Positions 12,958-26,937 of a stretch of 64,000 bases of DNA are shown one piece after another. A program made the translations under genes and the position numbers. Position 1 is the stretch's first letter; every line of letters starts with the position of its first letter. Origin of the DNA: Eledone cirrhosa (taxonomy: Eukaryota); the NCBI GenBank assembly GCA_964016885.1, contig OZ024740.1:152024001-152088000 (forward strand), written 5' to 3'. Below the pieces are notes generated by a model. That model was not told where the DNA came from, searched no databases, and saw only the letters and a list, made by a program, of their open reading frames with translations.

Positions 12958-13201
12958 GACGTAAAATAAGAAAATTATAAAAATTAACTTACTTACTAAA
13001 ATTTCAACTAATTAGTTTCTGAAAGGGAATAAACATGGTTTCCGAAGAAACGCACGGAGAAATCCATTTATAATTTTCTTATTTATGTCTTTCATATTAT
13101 TGTTCTGCATCCCCTTGCATTAAACCACAAAGTTACTAAGACAAAACCTATATATTTGCTAGCATAGGTATGCATCTGTATATATATGTTAGTAGATATA
13201 C

Positions 13202-13267
<66 letters not shown>

Positions 13268-13335
13268 CATATGTCCCAAGGCTCTGATACCATCAACACT
13301 ATACACACAGAGCTGGCATATCTAAGAACTGACTA

Positions 13336-13391
13336 ACTGCCTGATGAGGTCATAGCCATTCAAAGGCTATCATCGAAATATATATAGCAGT
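13336..13391 (+). ncRNA. Type I hammerhead ribozyme motif
   Basis: ACTGC-CTGATGA-GGT.C.ATAGCC.ATTCAAA.GGCTAT.C.ATC-GAAA-TATATA-TA-GCAGT, followed by AATAAA. The core is canonical with a G10.1-C11.1 pair. Confidence 0.88.
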
Positions 13392-13432
13392 AAATAAAGG
13401 ATTATGAGTTCATGTAATTGACTTATGTTTCG

Positions 13433-13491
<59 letters not shown>

Positions 13492-13989
13492 ACATACGTT
13501 AACCTTGGTCTTCCTCTTCTGTTGGAGACGCAGGACATGGCAGCGATAATGAGGGACAGAGACCGCTGGAGAGAACTCGTCCATGGATCTCGGGAATTGT
13601 ACCCGCCTTAGATAGCTAGATAGATATATATATATATATAAAGTTAATAAAATTAACAGAGGGCAAGACAATGAACGAAAAGCAATTTTTTTAAGGGGAT
13701 CCTTAAAAAATTATTTCAAACAAAATACAAACGAATGACAAAGAACTCCTGGGTCTTCGGCCGTTGAGATGGACTTTGGCAGTTTCGACCCCTATCAACG
13801 GTACTGCTGGTCAACACGGGATCACAACGTCTGAGTGTGTTGTTAGTGAGTGTATGTGTGTTTATGTGTGTTCTTATATGTCTAGATATTCGTAAATATT
13901 TTCGTAAGTAGAGAGGTTACTGAGCATGGTGTATTTAAGTAGCTGACTTAGTGAAATTGGCAGTTGGTGTATGTTTGATGAATATAATG

Positions 13990-14195
13990 GTTTCTGATTT
14001 AGGCACAAATTTTGGGGGAGAGGAAAGTCGAATAAATCGACCCCAGTGAGATACTGGTACTTTATTTTATCCATCGAGTAAGGATGAAGGCAGAGCTAAC
14101 TTCAACGGGATTTGACTTAGAAGGTAAAGAGATAAAATGTTATGCCGAAAAACATGTTGTCCGATGCTCTACCGATACTGCCGATCCACCGCCCT
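13990..14195 (-). mobile_element. Older Meta/MESC-like tRNA SINE
   Basis: The reverse complement reads GGCGGTGGATCGGCAGTATCGGTAGAGC...TCAAATCCCG...GCCTTCATCCTT...AAAATAAAGTACCAGT. Confidence 0.75.
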
Positions 14196-14322
14196 TAGTT
14201 GGTGAATATAATGAATGGTGATGACAGTTCTATGTATATAGAGGGAAAAGCGGACGTAAAATGATGATGATGATGATGATGATGATAAGTGTGTGCGTGT
14301 GTGAGTGTGACTTTGTTTCTGT

Positions 14323-14411
<89 letters not shown>

Positions 14412-14750
14412 TGAGTACAGCGGATAAAGGAGGAGAGTATTGAAAAGAAATGATGCTGAAGCGTGGCAGTAAGTAACTTGTCAAAAAATTCCGGGAAAGA
14501 ATTTCTATATCACATGATGATTAAAATAGGATCAGTTATTGCCTATAGATGGCGCACACTATAAAATGTCGTTATCACCTCCTTTCTTGTTCTAGTACAG
14601 TCACGCATGTGCCTACACCACGTACATACATAGATTTGCACAAACGTATAGGCTTGCATATACATAATACGCACTGATACATTAATATAGTAGATGCACT
14701 CGTAAAACAGCACAAACTGGCGCTGACATGCAGTGCCTCTCACACACACA

Positions 14751-14843
<93 letters not shown>

Positions 14844-15054
14844 ATAATATATATATATACATAGATAATAATATATATATATATATATACATATATATAC
14901 ATAGATATATTTATGTGTGAGTGGTGGAGTATGTATGCATATATATATATATGTATATATATATGCTTAAATGTGTATATGTATATAAATATATAATTAT
15001 ATATATATTTATATATTTACATACATATACACATGGCATATGCATACACACACA

Positions 15055-15099
<45 letters not shown>

Positions 15100-15277
15100 A
15101 TGCATATGCCATGCATATATGTAAAATTGTATGTATGTTTCTGTGTGGGCGCATATGTCGGCTCGTGGTGTGTGCGTGCTCTATTGTAGTGCGCTCCAGG
15201 TTTTATAAGTACACATGTGTCTACATAAACATATATATTGGTGTATACTTATATATATATATATATGTGTGGTGTGT

Positions 15278-15360
<83 letters not shown>

Positions 15361-15923
15361 TATACACATATACACATACACATGTGTACTTATAAAACCA
15401 CGCACATCAGAAACGACACGTGCACCTATACACATACTTACACAAAAAAGCACGCACGCAACAGTCACATACAACAAGTCTTACACGCATTGACAAGCAC
15501 GAAAATGGCTGCGATCATTTTCCTCTATATGTCTGCCATGTTGAGGATGTTGTGAGGAAGCATATAAGAGTTTTTGAGAAATGGAGAATTTGTGTGGCAT
15601 TTATTATTATTCTTCGTTCAGAAAGCTATTACCAAAAGCCGACAACCCCATCAGTACTGGCAATCCACTATTGGCATTTTCTATGGCGAGTTTTGATTGA
15701 TCTGAATTGTCTGAAACACTCTGGTACCGTTGCTGGTCACAAATAAACGCATCGTCCATCCTACGTCCTCTCCTACTAATAGACCGTTTTGCGAAAGAAA
15801 CGTGCAATTAGTTGTAGTGAGAACGATAAATGCTCGTTACAGTTTAAATGATCGTATCCAATCCATGCTCTTACGCACTCAACATACCTTGCTTTCCACC
15901 TTCTCGGTTATTATTGTCATTAC

Positions 15924-16008
<85 letters not shown>

Positions 16009-16069
16009 AATATAAATTTAGCGAGAATCGCATTTTGGCGGGTAGAAAAAGCGAAACGAAACGCAAAAT

Positions 16070-16121
<52 letters not shown>

Positions 16122-16198
16122 TTTATACATATATATACATACATATACATACATATATACATATTTATACATATATATACATACATATGTACATATTT

Positions 16199-16299
<101 letters not shown>

Positions 16300-16557
16300 C
16301 TATACATATATACATACATACATACAGAGCGTGAAACTAATAAACATTCGTTGTACTGCCTCTCTGTTTTGTCCCTGTTCAAATTTTTCCATTATATATA
16401 TATATATATATATATATATACGCCTCTGCCTTCTATCTTTGCACACGGCACTGAACAGAATTGCTTCTACATCATTCACTCTCATCTCGGGAACAATTTT
16501 GAATAGCGCCAGTTCGGAATTAGAACTCGGGAATCTTATATTCTCCGAGTGAAAAGA

Positions 16558-16636
16558 ACCTTCTGACGAGAGCCTTTCTTTTCAATGGAGGTCCGTAAAG
16601 ACTATCCATTTATTTTTGAGACTCTAAACCGTACGG

Positions 16637-16643
<7 letters not shown>
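16558..16643 (+). ncRNA. Hammerhead motif with an inactivating G12U change
   Basis: ACCTT-CTGACGA-GAG...CTC-TAAA(for GAAA)-CCGTACGG(palindrome)-TA-AAGGT. Confidence 0.7.
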
Positions 16644-16912
<269 letters not shown>

Positions 16913-16924
16913 TATATATGTATA

Positions 16925-16956
<32 letters not shown>

Positions 16957-17447
16957 AATATACATATATAGATATACATACACACACTCACACACACACA
17001 TACACACACACAGATATATATATATATATGTATGTATATATGTATAGTATATTTGTTTTGTCTTCTACGATTATATTCATCTTCATACACACATGTAACA
17101 TACATACATACATGTTGGGGGAGGGGCCTCAATCGGTTCCGACGACGATTGATCCAATTGTTCGAACAAGGCAATCACGTGCACTCTCAGGGTGATTCAG
17201 CGTTACATAGTGTATGATACGACTGGCTTATTTTACCAACTGAGTGGACAGGAGCAGCGTGGAATAAAGTGTTTTTCTCAAGAACACAATCTACCACGGT
17301 GCATCAAACCTTATGATCCTGAGTCAAACTTCTTTAAACTACGTGCCTTCGCCACCTTCACATAGATTTATATCTACACACAGACAAACTGACACACATA
17401 CATACATGTATGCATACATGCTTACATGCATACATGCATACGTCATG

Positions 17448-17515
17448 ACTACCCCCTCGTTATCGAGTATGGCCATTGCACGAGGAAAAAACAATATAAT
17501 AATAATAATAACGAC

Positions 17516-17546
<31 letters not shown>

Positions 17547-18210
17547 GAAAAAAAATTATATATATGTATATGATGTCTGTCCCCTCGTTGTCGGGTATGG
17601 CCATTGCACGATATACCATTAATAATTATTAATTAATTCTATCGTGCAATACCTGTGCTGCGTGAAGATTTTTATAAAGTGAGGAAAGACTGTGCACTGA
17701 GCCAATCCCACTCTCTGAGCGACAGTAGCTATAATCCGAAAAGAAGAAGAGATCAACATCATCGGTAACTACTGAGCCGCAGGTTTTATATCGAAGTTAT
17801 CCCAGTTTCCTGAGTTGCTTTTCCTAGAAGAATGCCCTGACAAAGGCTAGGGGTCCTTCACTCCCAGTGGTTTAACCGCGCGATTGGGTGTCCAGACCGA
17901 CTATTTCTATGTCCCCGCGCATATACATACACATGCACCCATGTATATACACATTTATACATATGTACGTGTGCATATACATATTTACACACTTTTGGAT
18001 GGCCGTTGACTCTTATGAGTTCTTCCGCCCTTTGTCAGGTTTTGTATTTGTATTTGTATTTGTATTTTGTATTTGTCGCGCAGGGTGTCCAAAATCACCC
18101 TCCTCACCAAGTAAACATGGTGGGGTTGCCGGTTTACTCGCCGCCGACCCGACCTTGCGACAGGTTGTACTGAGATACATGTTACCAGTAGCACTCAAGA
18201 GTGATCCGAC
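17448..18210 (-). mobile_element. Diverged sister family of the RTE-derived non-autonomous retroposon
   Basis: Its 5' end GTCGGATCACTCTTGAGTGCTACTGGTAACATGTATC aligns to 10493 onward. The 3' terminal motif is duplicated at 17448-17482 and 17578-17611. Confidence 0.7.
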
Positions 18211-18282
18211 ATATACATACATACATACATACATACATACATACATACATACATACATACATACATACATACATACATACAT

Positions 18283-18540
18283 AGCTTCATACCCATCATT
18301 ATTGGTGCTACGGGTTATATACCAACCCGCTTGGACCAAAGTATGACCGAACTTGGATTTGCGGACAAAAAGCGCAGCTCCCTAATTCATAGTCTACAAA
18401 TGGCTGCGATAGCTGGCACCTTCAAAATATGCAAAACATTCTTGCGATTCAAGGGATGACAATTTCTTTTCTTTTACAACCTTGCCACCAGGAAGGTGGC
18501 CGGTCAAAAAAATATACTCGAAATTAAGAGAAAGAGAAAA
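18283..18540 (+). mobile_element. 5'-truncated 3' end of the R4/Dong-like LINE in (TACA)n
   Basis: Nearly identical to 24958-25214, with (TACA)n on both sides. Confidence 0.9.
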
Positions 18541-18729
18541 CATACATACATACATACATACATACATACATACATACATACATACATAGTTGCCAACTAC
18601 GAAATAATTGTTTCTACTTTTGGCACAAGGCTAGCAATTACCCAGTGAATTACTGGTACTTATTTTATCGAATCCGTAAGGATGAAAGGCAAAGTTAACG
18701 GCGGGATTTGAACTCAGAATGGCAAGTCC

Positions 18730-19320
18730 ATCGCCTCGTTACTACCTCCCTATGAGACACGATGTGATAGCTACAACCATCTGGAGCGCACTTAGGAAAA
18801 CAAAATTAAAAAACAAATGAGGAGGAATATGTTTAGATAGATGACACTAAAGAATACAGGTGGAGCCTGAAAATAAAAACCACCACCAAATTAAAGCACA
18901 ACCGGCCTAATATTGATGTCTGGGACCATGCATTGAAAATGTGCTCTGTGGTAGAGATCGGCTGTCCACTTGATGTCAACGCTGTAAAAGAAATACAGGA
19001 GAAGGAGGACATCTACGGACCATTGACGACGAGTTTGCAGATCCAGTATCCAAGATACACCTTCAGCTTGATTCCCATCATTATTGGAGCTACAGGTTAT
19101 ACACCAACCCGCTTGGAACAAAGTATAACTGAACTTGGATTTGTGGACAAACAGCACAGCTCCCTAATTCATAGACTACAAATGGCTGCGATAACTGGCA
19201 CCTTCAAAATTTGGAAAACATTCTTGCGATTCAAGGAATAACAATTTCTTTTCTTTTACTACCTTGCCCCCAGAAAGATGGCCAGTCAAAATTGTACTTG
19301 AAATTAAGGGAAAGAGAAAT
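18730..19320 (+). mobile_element. 5'-truncated R4/Dong-like LINE copy (RLE domain)
   Basis: CSVVEIGCPLDVN...KE..YGPL...IPIIIGATG is homologous to 24622-25134, followed by a TACA tail. Confidence 0.88.
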
Positions 19321-19341
19321 ATACGTACATACATACATACA

Positions 19342-19926
19342 TGGTGGCTGCCAACTCGTTTTCGAGTACGGCCACTACTTTATATCCATGTAGGAGAACC
19401 CTACCGATGCGCTGAATGTGTGTGACTTTTTAGTCCAGCCAGCGACTTCAAAACTCTGGTACAAACACTACACTTGTGACAATTATTGATACATATTGCT
19501 GGGCCCATGGTACCATGTGACGACAAGTGCAGAGAGATATCCAGATATAAAGCAATGCCTGTGCTGTGAAGCTTTTATAGTGAGCAAAGGCACTGCACAA
19601 AGCCAGTCCCACTCTCTTAACCAAGATAATATTTACCAAAAAGAAGAACAAGTCAACATCATTGGATACCATCAGGGTTGCAGGTGTTATATCAGAGTTT
19701 TTCTTCTCCTAGAATTCTGCCTTAACAAAGGCTAAGGGGTCATCTCTCCCGGTGATTTTGGATGGCCATTGACTCTTAAGAGCTCCTTTGCCCTTTGACA
19801 GGTTTTGTTTTTAGTCCTGCAGGATGTCCAAAGTCACCCTCCTCACCAAGAAACCTTGGTGGGATTGCCAGTTTAGTCGCCAACGACCCGACCATGAGAC
19901 AGGTTGTACTGGGATACATGTTACCA
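19342..19926 (-). mobile_element. Copy of the RTE-derived non-autonomous retroposon
   Basis: Reverse complement of about 10516-11100, lying between TACA tracts. Confidence 0.88.
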
Positions 19927-20110
19927 TACATACATACATACATACATACATACATACATACATACATACATACATACATGCATGCATGCATGCATACATA
20001 CATACATACATACATACATACATACATACATACATACATACATACATACATACATACATACATACATACATACATACATACATACATACATACATACATA
20101 CATACATACA

Positions 20111-20983
20111 GCGGTGAGATTACGTAGATAGCAAACACGATTCTGGATAACTAGGAAAATCATACTACAGATTGGACTGTAAAACCCGAACACTTCCTGA
20201 TAGCATTAACACTACTTCCCACCACTGGAGGGAGTAATACTGTCAGAATTCGCTGAAATGTTAAACATCTCCATTCTTCATCTGATGAAGGGATTCACAA
20301 AAGAGATAGGGATGCAAGCAGAACAGCTAGATGTGATAACAAGTGCAGACTCTGCAGAATTAACATTGAAGATATCGCCCATATCATAAGCAGCTGTCCA
20401 AAGATGCCATTGCAGTACTATCTACCTATAAGGCACGGTGTAGTGGCCAAAACACTGTACAATGCAATCCATAGAAAAGATAGCCCCGACAATAAATACA
20501 TTAAAAGCTACAGCAATGTGGAAGACATATATATACATAATATGAAAGAGTACTGGTGGAATATTCCAGTCAAAATCCCAATAAAATTCAGGCATAACAG
20601 ACCAGATATAATGATATGGGACAGGGGAAAGAAGGCATGCACAGTAGTGGAAATTAGCTGCCCAGCAGATGCCAATATAATATAAAAGATTAACGAGAAG
20701 GAGAATATATATGCAGAACTGAGAAATCTGCAGATACTCCACCCTAATTACACCTTCAGATTTATGCCTGTGATTATTGGGGCACTGGGATATGTTAGTA
20801 ACTGCCTCAATACAAATCTTGAGAAGCTGGGCTTCACAGAAACAGAAAAAATACAACTAATTAGGATATTACAAGTACAATCCATTAATGGAACAGTAAA
20901 AATATTTAAAACATTCCAAAAATGTTGCATCTAATAACTGCATATACATTTGTACAGATACAAAGCATATGCACATGCACACA
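20111..20983 (+). mobile_element. Truncated copy of a second R4/Dong-like subfamily in (TACA)n
   Basis: CRLCRINIEDIAHIISSC, RHGVVA and HNRPDIMIWD..VVEISCP motifs. It is divergent from the 21-25 kb element but has the same flanking repeat. Confidence 0.85.
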
Positions 20984-21044
20984 TACATACATACATACAT
21001 ACATACATACATACATACATACATACATACATACATACATACAT

Positions 21045-24000
21045 AATGCGACCGTTGTGGTCAGTGTCCGATAATCGGACGTGTGTAATTACGGCTTACA
21101 TGAAGGCAACATACCATATATTGGAAAAAGTTGAGCTACATTACGCGGTAAGATTACATACAATAATTCTACATAAGTGTTTGAACTGTAAGTGTGTTGT
21201 AAAACACCTATTTATATGAACGATACATACACTTTAACATATAAATGCAACGTTGTTATATTACATTTATAAAGAAATATACAAGTAACGTTTTCGATTC
21301 AGAAACAAAAACATAAGTGTTTAAACTGTGAATATGTTGTGAATAAGTTGTAGAACACCTATTTATATGAATGATACATAAACTTTAACATATAAATACA
21401 GCGTTGTTATATTATATTACATTCATAAAGGAATATACTAAGTAACAGTTCTTTTTGTTCTCGATTCAAACGATTCAAGAACAACGTTTAAAACACAGTT
21501 GTAGAATTAAAAACTAACTGAAAAGAAGTATTACCCAAGCTGTGAATAACTTTAAATTTGATTCTGACAGAAATTTGTCGAAACTTTTAAAGAAGATCAT
21601 CGACTATTTTGAAAAATAAATACGAAATATTAGTGAACAGACGAACTCATCATGGCAAAAAGTACAAGTCTCCTTCGACCAAATCGCAACTACAACCGTT
21701 GTATAAAGTGGAGCTACGAGCTTAACAAAGAATTATATGAAGCATACAACAATCTGAACCCCAAAAGTTCGGTTTTATGCAAAGGCTAAAAACTTTATCG
21801 AAATCCAAACACCCAGAAGTAGACTTTTCTCCAAAGCATTTAAATGAACAGGCAAAACGTATCATTAGGTGTAAATTGATACATCTAACGGAATTGAGTG
21901 ATACTACAAATACAGCCCTTGTAGACAACCACCCCACCTCCACTGACAGACAAAGAGAATGGCCAGCTAAATCTAACAGTGAACAGCTCACCAACAATTT
22001 TGCTGAAATCCATCCCACTTCCACTGAAGAACAGCGAGAATGGTCAGCTAACTCTAGTAGTAATTGCCACCACATCAACAACGAGGCTGAAATTCATGAC
22101 TCTACTGAACAAACAGAACACCAAAAACTTGTGGACACCTTACAAGTGATATGGAACGATATGTTTCAAGAGATAGACAGCCTTAATGTGAGTGACAGAC
22201 CATACAACACCAGAATCAGTAAAGAACCCACTAAATTGGAATTGGAAGCGGTGAACGAAATAGCTGGCAATTATTTGAAGGCTATACGATCTAAAGGTGT
22301 AGAAACGACATTTGAAACGCTTAATATGTTGTTATATGTTTCAGCTGTCACATTGCTATCATATAACACACATCTAAAACCACGCAATCAAGATACAAAC
22401 AGAAAGCCTGAACCAGCGTGGATGCGAAATTTAAAAAGCAAAATTTTGTCCCTGAGACGAAGAATCTCACACATCGCAGTCGTTATGAAATGCAACATAG
22501 AGAGCAACTTCACACGACACCAGGAAGACCTAAAAAAGTTAGAGAGACGATTTGGCGATACAAAATTTAAAACTTTGAACTCCAAATTACACCAGTTGAA
22601 ACAACAACTCACAGCTACAACAGAAAGACTAAAATATAAGTCAACAGCACATAAACGACAAGTGCTAAATAGATTGTTTGCCAGAGATCCTAAATCAGTT
22701 TATCGCAGCTTCGGTGGCAAAAGCTCAATCCCTGTAAATGACACCCCTTCAAAAGAACAGGTTGAGAGCTACTGGAGATCTGTATGGGAAACGGATGACG
22801 GATTCAACAGACAAACTAATTGGCTAAAAGAACTGGAACAGGACTACTGCCAACATGTCCAGACAAAACAATATGACATAGATGGGTCAATACTGGAAAC
22901 AGCTCTACAGAAAATGTCGAATAGGAAATCGCCAGGCCCAGACCTCATTACAGGATACTGGTTGAAGAATTTCACTTTCTATCGGCAAGATCTCATACGG
23001 CTGTTTACAGAAACCATTAAAGGCACACAAGAACTGCCCAGATAGTTATCAATTGCCACTACCCTCCTCATTCCCCAAAATAGCCAAACCACCCTTGCTA
23101 AAAATTACCGCCCAATAGCCTGCCAAAACATCATGTATAAATTACATACTGGGTGCCTTAACCTGTTCTTACAGGATCACTGTTCTACCAACAACATCAT
23201 AACACCTGAGCAAGCTGGTGGAAAGAGGGAGGTGTGGGGTTGCATAGATCATCTACTAACTAACAAAATGATTCAGGAAAAAACAACAAAGAATCGCAGA
23301 AACATGACTGTAGTGTGGCTGGACTATCAAAAAGCATTTGATAGTGTACCTCATGGGTGGATTATTAAGGCTTTACAGTTAGCCAAAGTCCCACAACCAT
23401 TGGTAGCTGCTGTTGAACGCCTGACCAAGAACTGGTACACCAATTTGATCCTTAGAGGTGAGAAGGAGCAAGTTAAGACTGATAAGATACATTACCAGAA
23501 GGGCATCTTTCAGGGTGATAGCTTGTCAGTGCTACTCTTCGTTCTCTCACTGAATCCACTATCTTACCTACTCAGGAAACAAGGTGGACAAAGAAGTGGG
23601 TCCAGAAGTATCTCCCATATTTTCTTGTTGATGACCTGAAGTTGTATGGGCCAAATATCAATGACATCAAGAAACAATTGGACCTCATTACACAATTTTC
23701 AACCGACATCAAAATGAAATTTGGTGAATCCAAGTGTGCATATTTGGCAGTAAAACGTGGAAGAGATGTGCCCTCCTCTAGAAATCTAGAGATGAACGGC
23801 CTGACAATACAACCTCTACAGTCAGGTGACAACTACAGATATCTTGGACAGGATGAGAATGTCAGATATGATGGACCCATAAATAAGGAGAGAACCAGAA
23901 CTGAATACCTCAGAAGAGTAAAGAAAATATGGTCATCAGAACTGTCAGTGTACAACAAATACATTGCCCACAATACTTATGCTGTGCCAATTCTAACGCC

Positions 24001-25214
24001 AACATTTGGCCTGCTGGTCATTGCAAGAACTAAGTGAGATGGATGCTAGAACTCGCAAACTTTTCAGTGTTACTGGGAACTTTAACATCAATGGGGATGT
24101 GGATAGGCTATACTTCTCACGCAAGTAAGGTGGCCGGGGTCTAAAATCAATATTAACAACATATGAAACCCGGATAGTAACACTGAAGCAACACCTTCAA
24201 CAGAGGAAAAAGGTTGGCAACCATCTGAGCATGAAAAAAAAAAATTAGAATAGCGACTGATCTGGAGGAGAGATATGGAATAAAGCCTGATATAAATCTC
24301 TCACCCAGAGAAATTGGAAGATCCTATTCAATGTTCAAACAAGATAAAAAAAATTGACCAATTTACAGAAAAGGTTGTGCATGGATACTTGAGACGTAAA
24401 ACACAGACCATAGAGGGGATAAACCACTCAAAAAGCCTGGCATTGAGTTCCGACAAGTTTATGACATCACACCTTGAGGGATATCTCTATGCAATACAGG
24501 AACAAGAACTCCCTACCAAATATCTGCTGCACAAAAGAGGAGGGCCAGCAGCTGACAATAAATGTAGGCTATGTAAAAAAAGATCGAGGATGTAAGCCAC
24601 ATTGTTGCCAGCTGCGAAAGAATGTCATCTCGCTACTACCTCCCCATGAGACACGATGGGATAGCTAGAACCATCTGGAACGCGCTTCGGAAAACAAAAT
24701 TAACAACAAACGAGGAAGAATATATTGAGACAGATGGCACTAAGGAATACTGGTGGAACCTGAAAATAAAAACTGCCGCCAAATTAAAGCACAACCGGCC
24801 TGATATTGTTGTTTGGGCCCACACATTGAAAACGTGTTCTGTTGTGGAGATCAGCTGCCCACTTGATGTAAACGTTGTCAGAAAAATACAGGAGAAGGAG
24901 GTCATCTACGGACCATTGATGAGGAGTTTACAAATCCAGTATCCAAGATACACCTTTAGCTTCATACCCATCATTATTGGAGCTACCGGTTATATACCAA
25001 CCCGCTTGGACCAAAGTATGACTGAACTTGGATTTGCGGACAAAAAGCGCAGCTCCCTAATTCATAGTCTACAAATGGCTGCGATAGCTGGCACCTTCAA
25101 AATTTGCAAAACATTCTTGCGATTCAAGGGATGACAATTTCTTTTCTTTTACAACCTTGCCACTAGGAAGGTGGCCAGTCAAAAAAAATATACTCGAAAT
25201 TAAGAGAAAGAGAT
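21045..25214 (+). mobile_element. Near full-length R4/Dong-like non-LTR retrotransposon (RT plus restriction-like endonuclease), decayed
   Basis: Broken single ORF at about 21700-25134: KSPGPD, NYRPI, LDYQKAFDSVPH, GIFQGDSLS, F(L)VDDLK, CRLC..H...C, RHD and RPDI..E motifs. (TACA)n on both sides, and a ~140-bp tandem duplication in the 5' region. Confidence 0.9.
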
Positions 25215-25786
25215 AACATACATACATACATACATACATACATACATACATACATACATACATACATACATACATACATACATACATACATACATACAAT
25301 GTGATAGCTAGAACCATCTGGAATGCCTTAGGAAAACAAAATTAAAAACAAAACATACACATCCACATACAATAACATCCATATCTGCACACATGCATAC
25401 ATATCTACCTAGATGATGTTGTGTAAATTCCAATGAGAGAGACTTGTATCTATGTTAGAAACCGGCTCTGTCTCTATTGGCAAAAATTCGTGAAATTATA
25501 AAACCAGAAGAACATATACATACATGCATACATGTAGATTTAAAAGTACACTTACATTAAACACTACACTCATACACGCTATGCAGCGGCACACAAGGAA
25601 ATACATACGCATAAACATATTTATAAATATGTGCATATATGGTTACATACATTTGGCCCTCTATGCATGCTCATGTGGCTGTTTATGTATGAAAATCTTT
25701 TGATCCTGTCTGTGTGTACCATCCATGCGTATAAGGGGGTTTTAAATAAACCTAAATCAACTGAATATGGCATCCGATTTTTTATA

Positions 25787-25975
25787 ATAATTGTTTCTAC
25801 TTTTGGCACAAGGCCAGCAATTATCCTAGTGCAGAACTGGTACTTTATTTTATCGACCCCGAAAGGATAAAAGGCAAAGTTAACCTTGGCGGGATTTGAA
25901 CTCTGACCGCAAAGAGCCGTAACTCTATGCTGCCAAGCATGGCGTCCGACCTTCTACCGATACTGCCAACCCAAC
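25787..25975 (-). mobile_element. Meta/MESC-like tRNA SINE
   Basis: Reverse complement of the 8158 family. A partial copy also lies at 18605-18720(-). Confidence 0.85.
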
Positions 25976-26455
25976 TCCCTATTTTTAATAATAAAAATAA
26001 AAACACATATATATAAAGAGAGAGAGAAAGAGAGAGAGAAAGGGGGAGAGAGAGAACGAGAGAGAGACAGACAGACAGAGACATGTACAGATATATGTGT
26101 GTGAATCTTTATTTAACCAGAAAACTAAATTGAAAATAATGTATAAATAAGTTAGGCGGTGATGTGCATCTCATTTTACAAGTATGATTTACATGTTTAG
26201 AGGCAACTCTGGTATTTGTTTGCAGGAAAAGGGAACGGCTATTCACTTAATTCAACCTAACTTGAACCTCGGCAGCATAATATAGAAAATATATGAAGTA
26301 TGTTTAAGGCCCTGAATATACCTAGTTTTATGATGCAGAAACGTCTACAGATGCCATCTATTATCTTCTTCTTCTTGCACTGGGGTCGATTTAAACGACT
26401 CTCCCCTTCCCCCAAATTTCTGGCCTCGTGCTTATAGTAGAAACCATTATTAATA

Positions 26456-26937
26456 CTAGCAGAAAAACCACCCTTCGGGTGGTTTACTGCTAGCATGTGT
26501 AGTGTGTATATTGATATTATACGCAAGTATATATACATGTAGATAGGATACGTCAAATAAAATCGTAATTGACAATATACACAGAAATTGAACGAAGACT
26601 GTGTTACGCTGTCTTATGTAATCAGTAACGTAATCCATGATACATTAAAAAAGACGATATTATATATAAACTGCATTAGGAGAAAATTAGTGACGGAAAA
26701 TTAGTATGTTTATTTAACCGATCGCCACCGGAAGTGTTGACATTTGAAAATTTTAAAGAAGTGAATCTTTAAATAAATAATAAAATATATTTAATGAACA
26801 GCCACAAAATTTAGTAGATAAATTATGTAATATTCATTCATTATTTATTCAAAGTAATCCAAATTATTTTACTAATGGGATAAAAAAAATTATAAACCGT
26901 ACGCAGTCCCGCGCTTCTTACTTTATTATAGTTTAGA
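26456..26937 (-). mobile_element. Non-autonomous Helitron (482 bp)
   Basis: Minus strand reads A|TCTAAACTATAATAAAG...ACCACCCGAAGGGTGGT(hairpin)TTTTCTG-CTAG|T. It has a TC start, a CTAG end, a subterminal hairpin, an A/T insertion site and no TSD. Confidence 0.78.
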
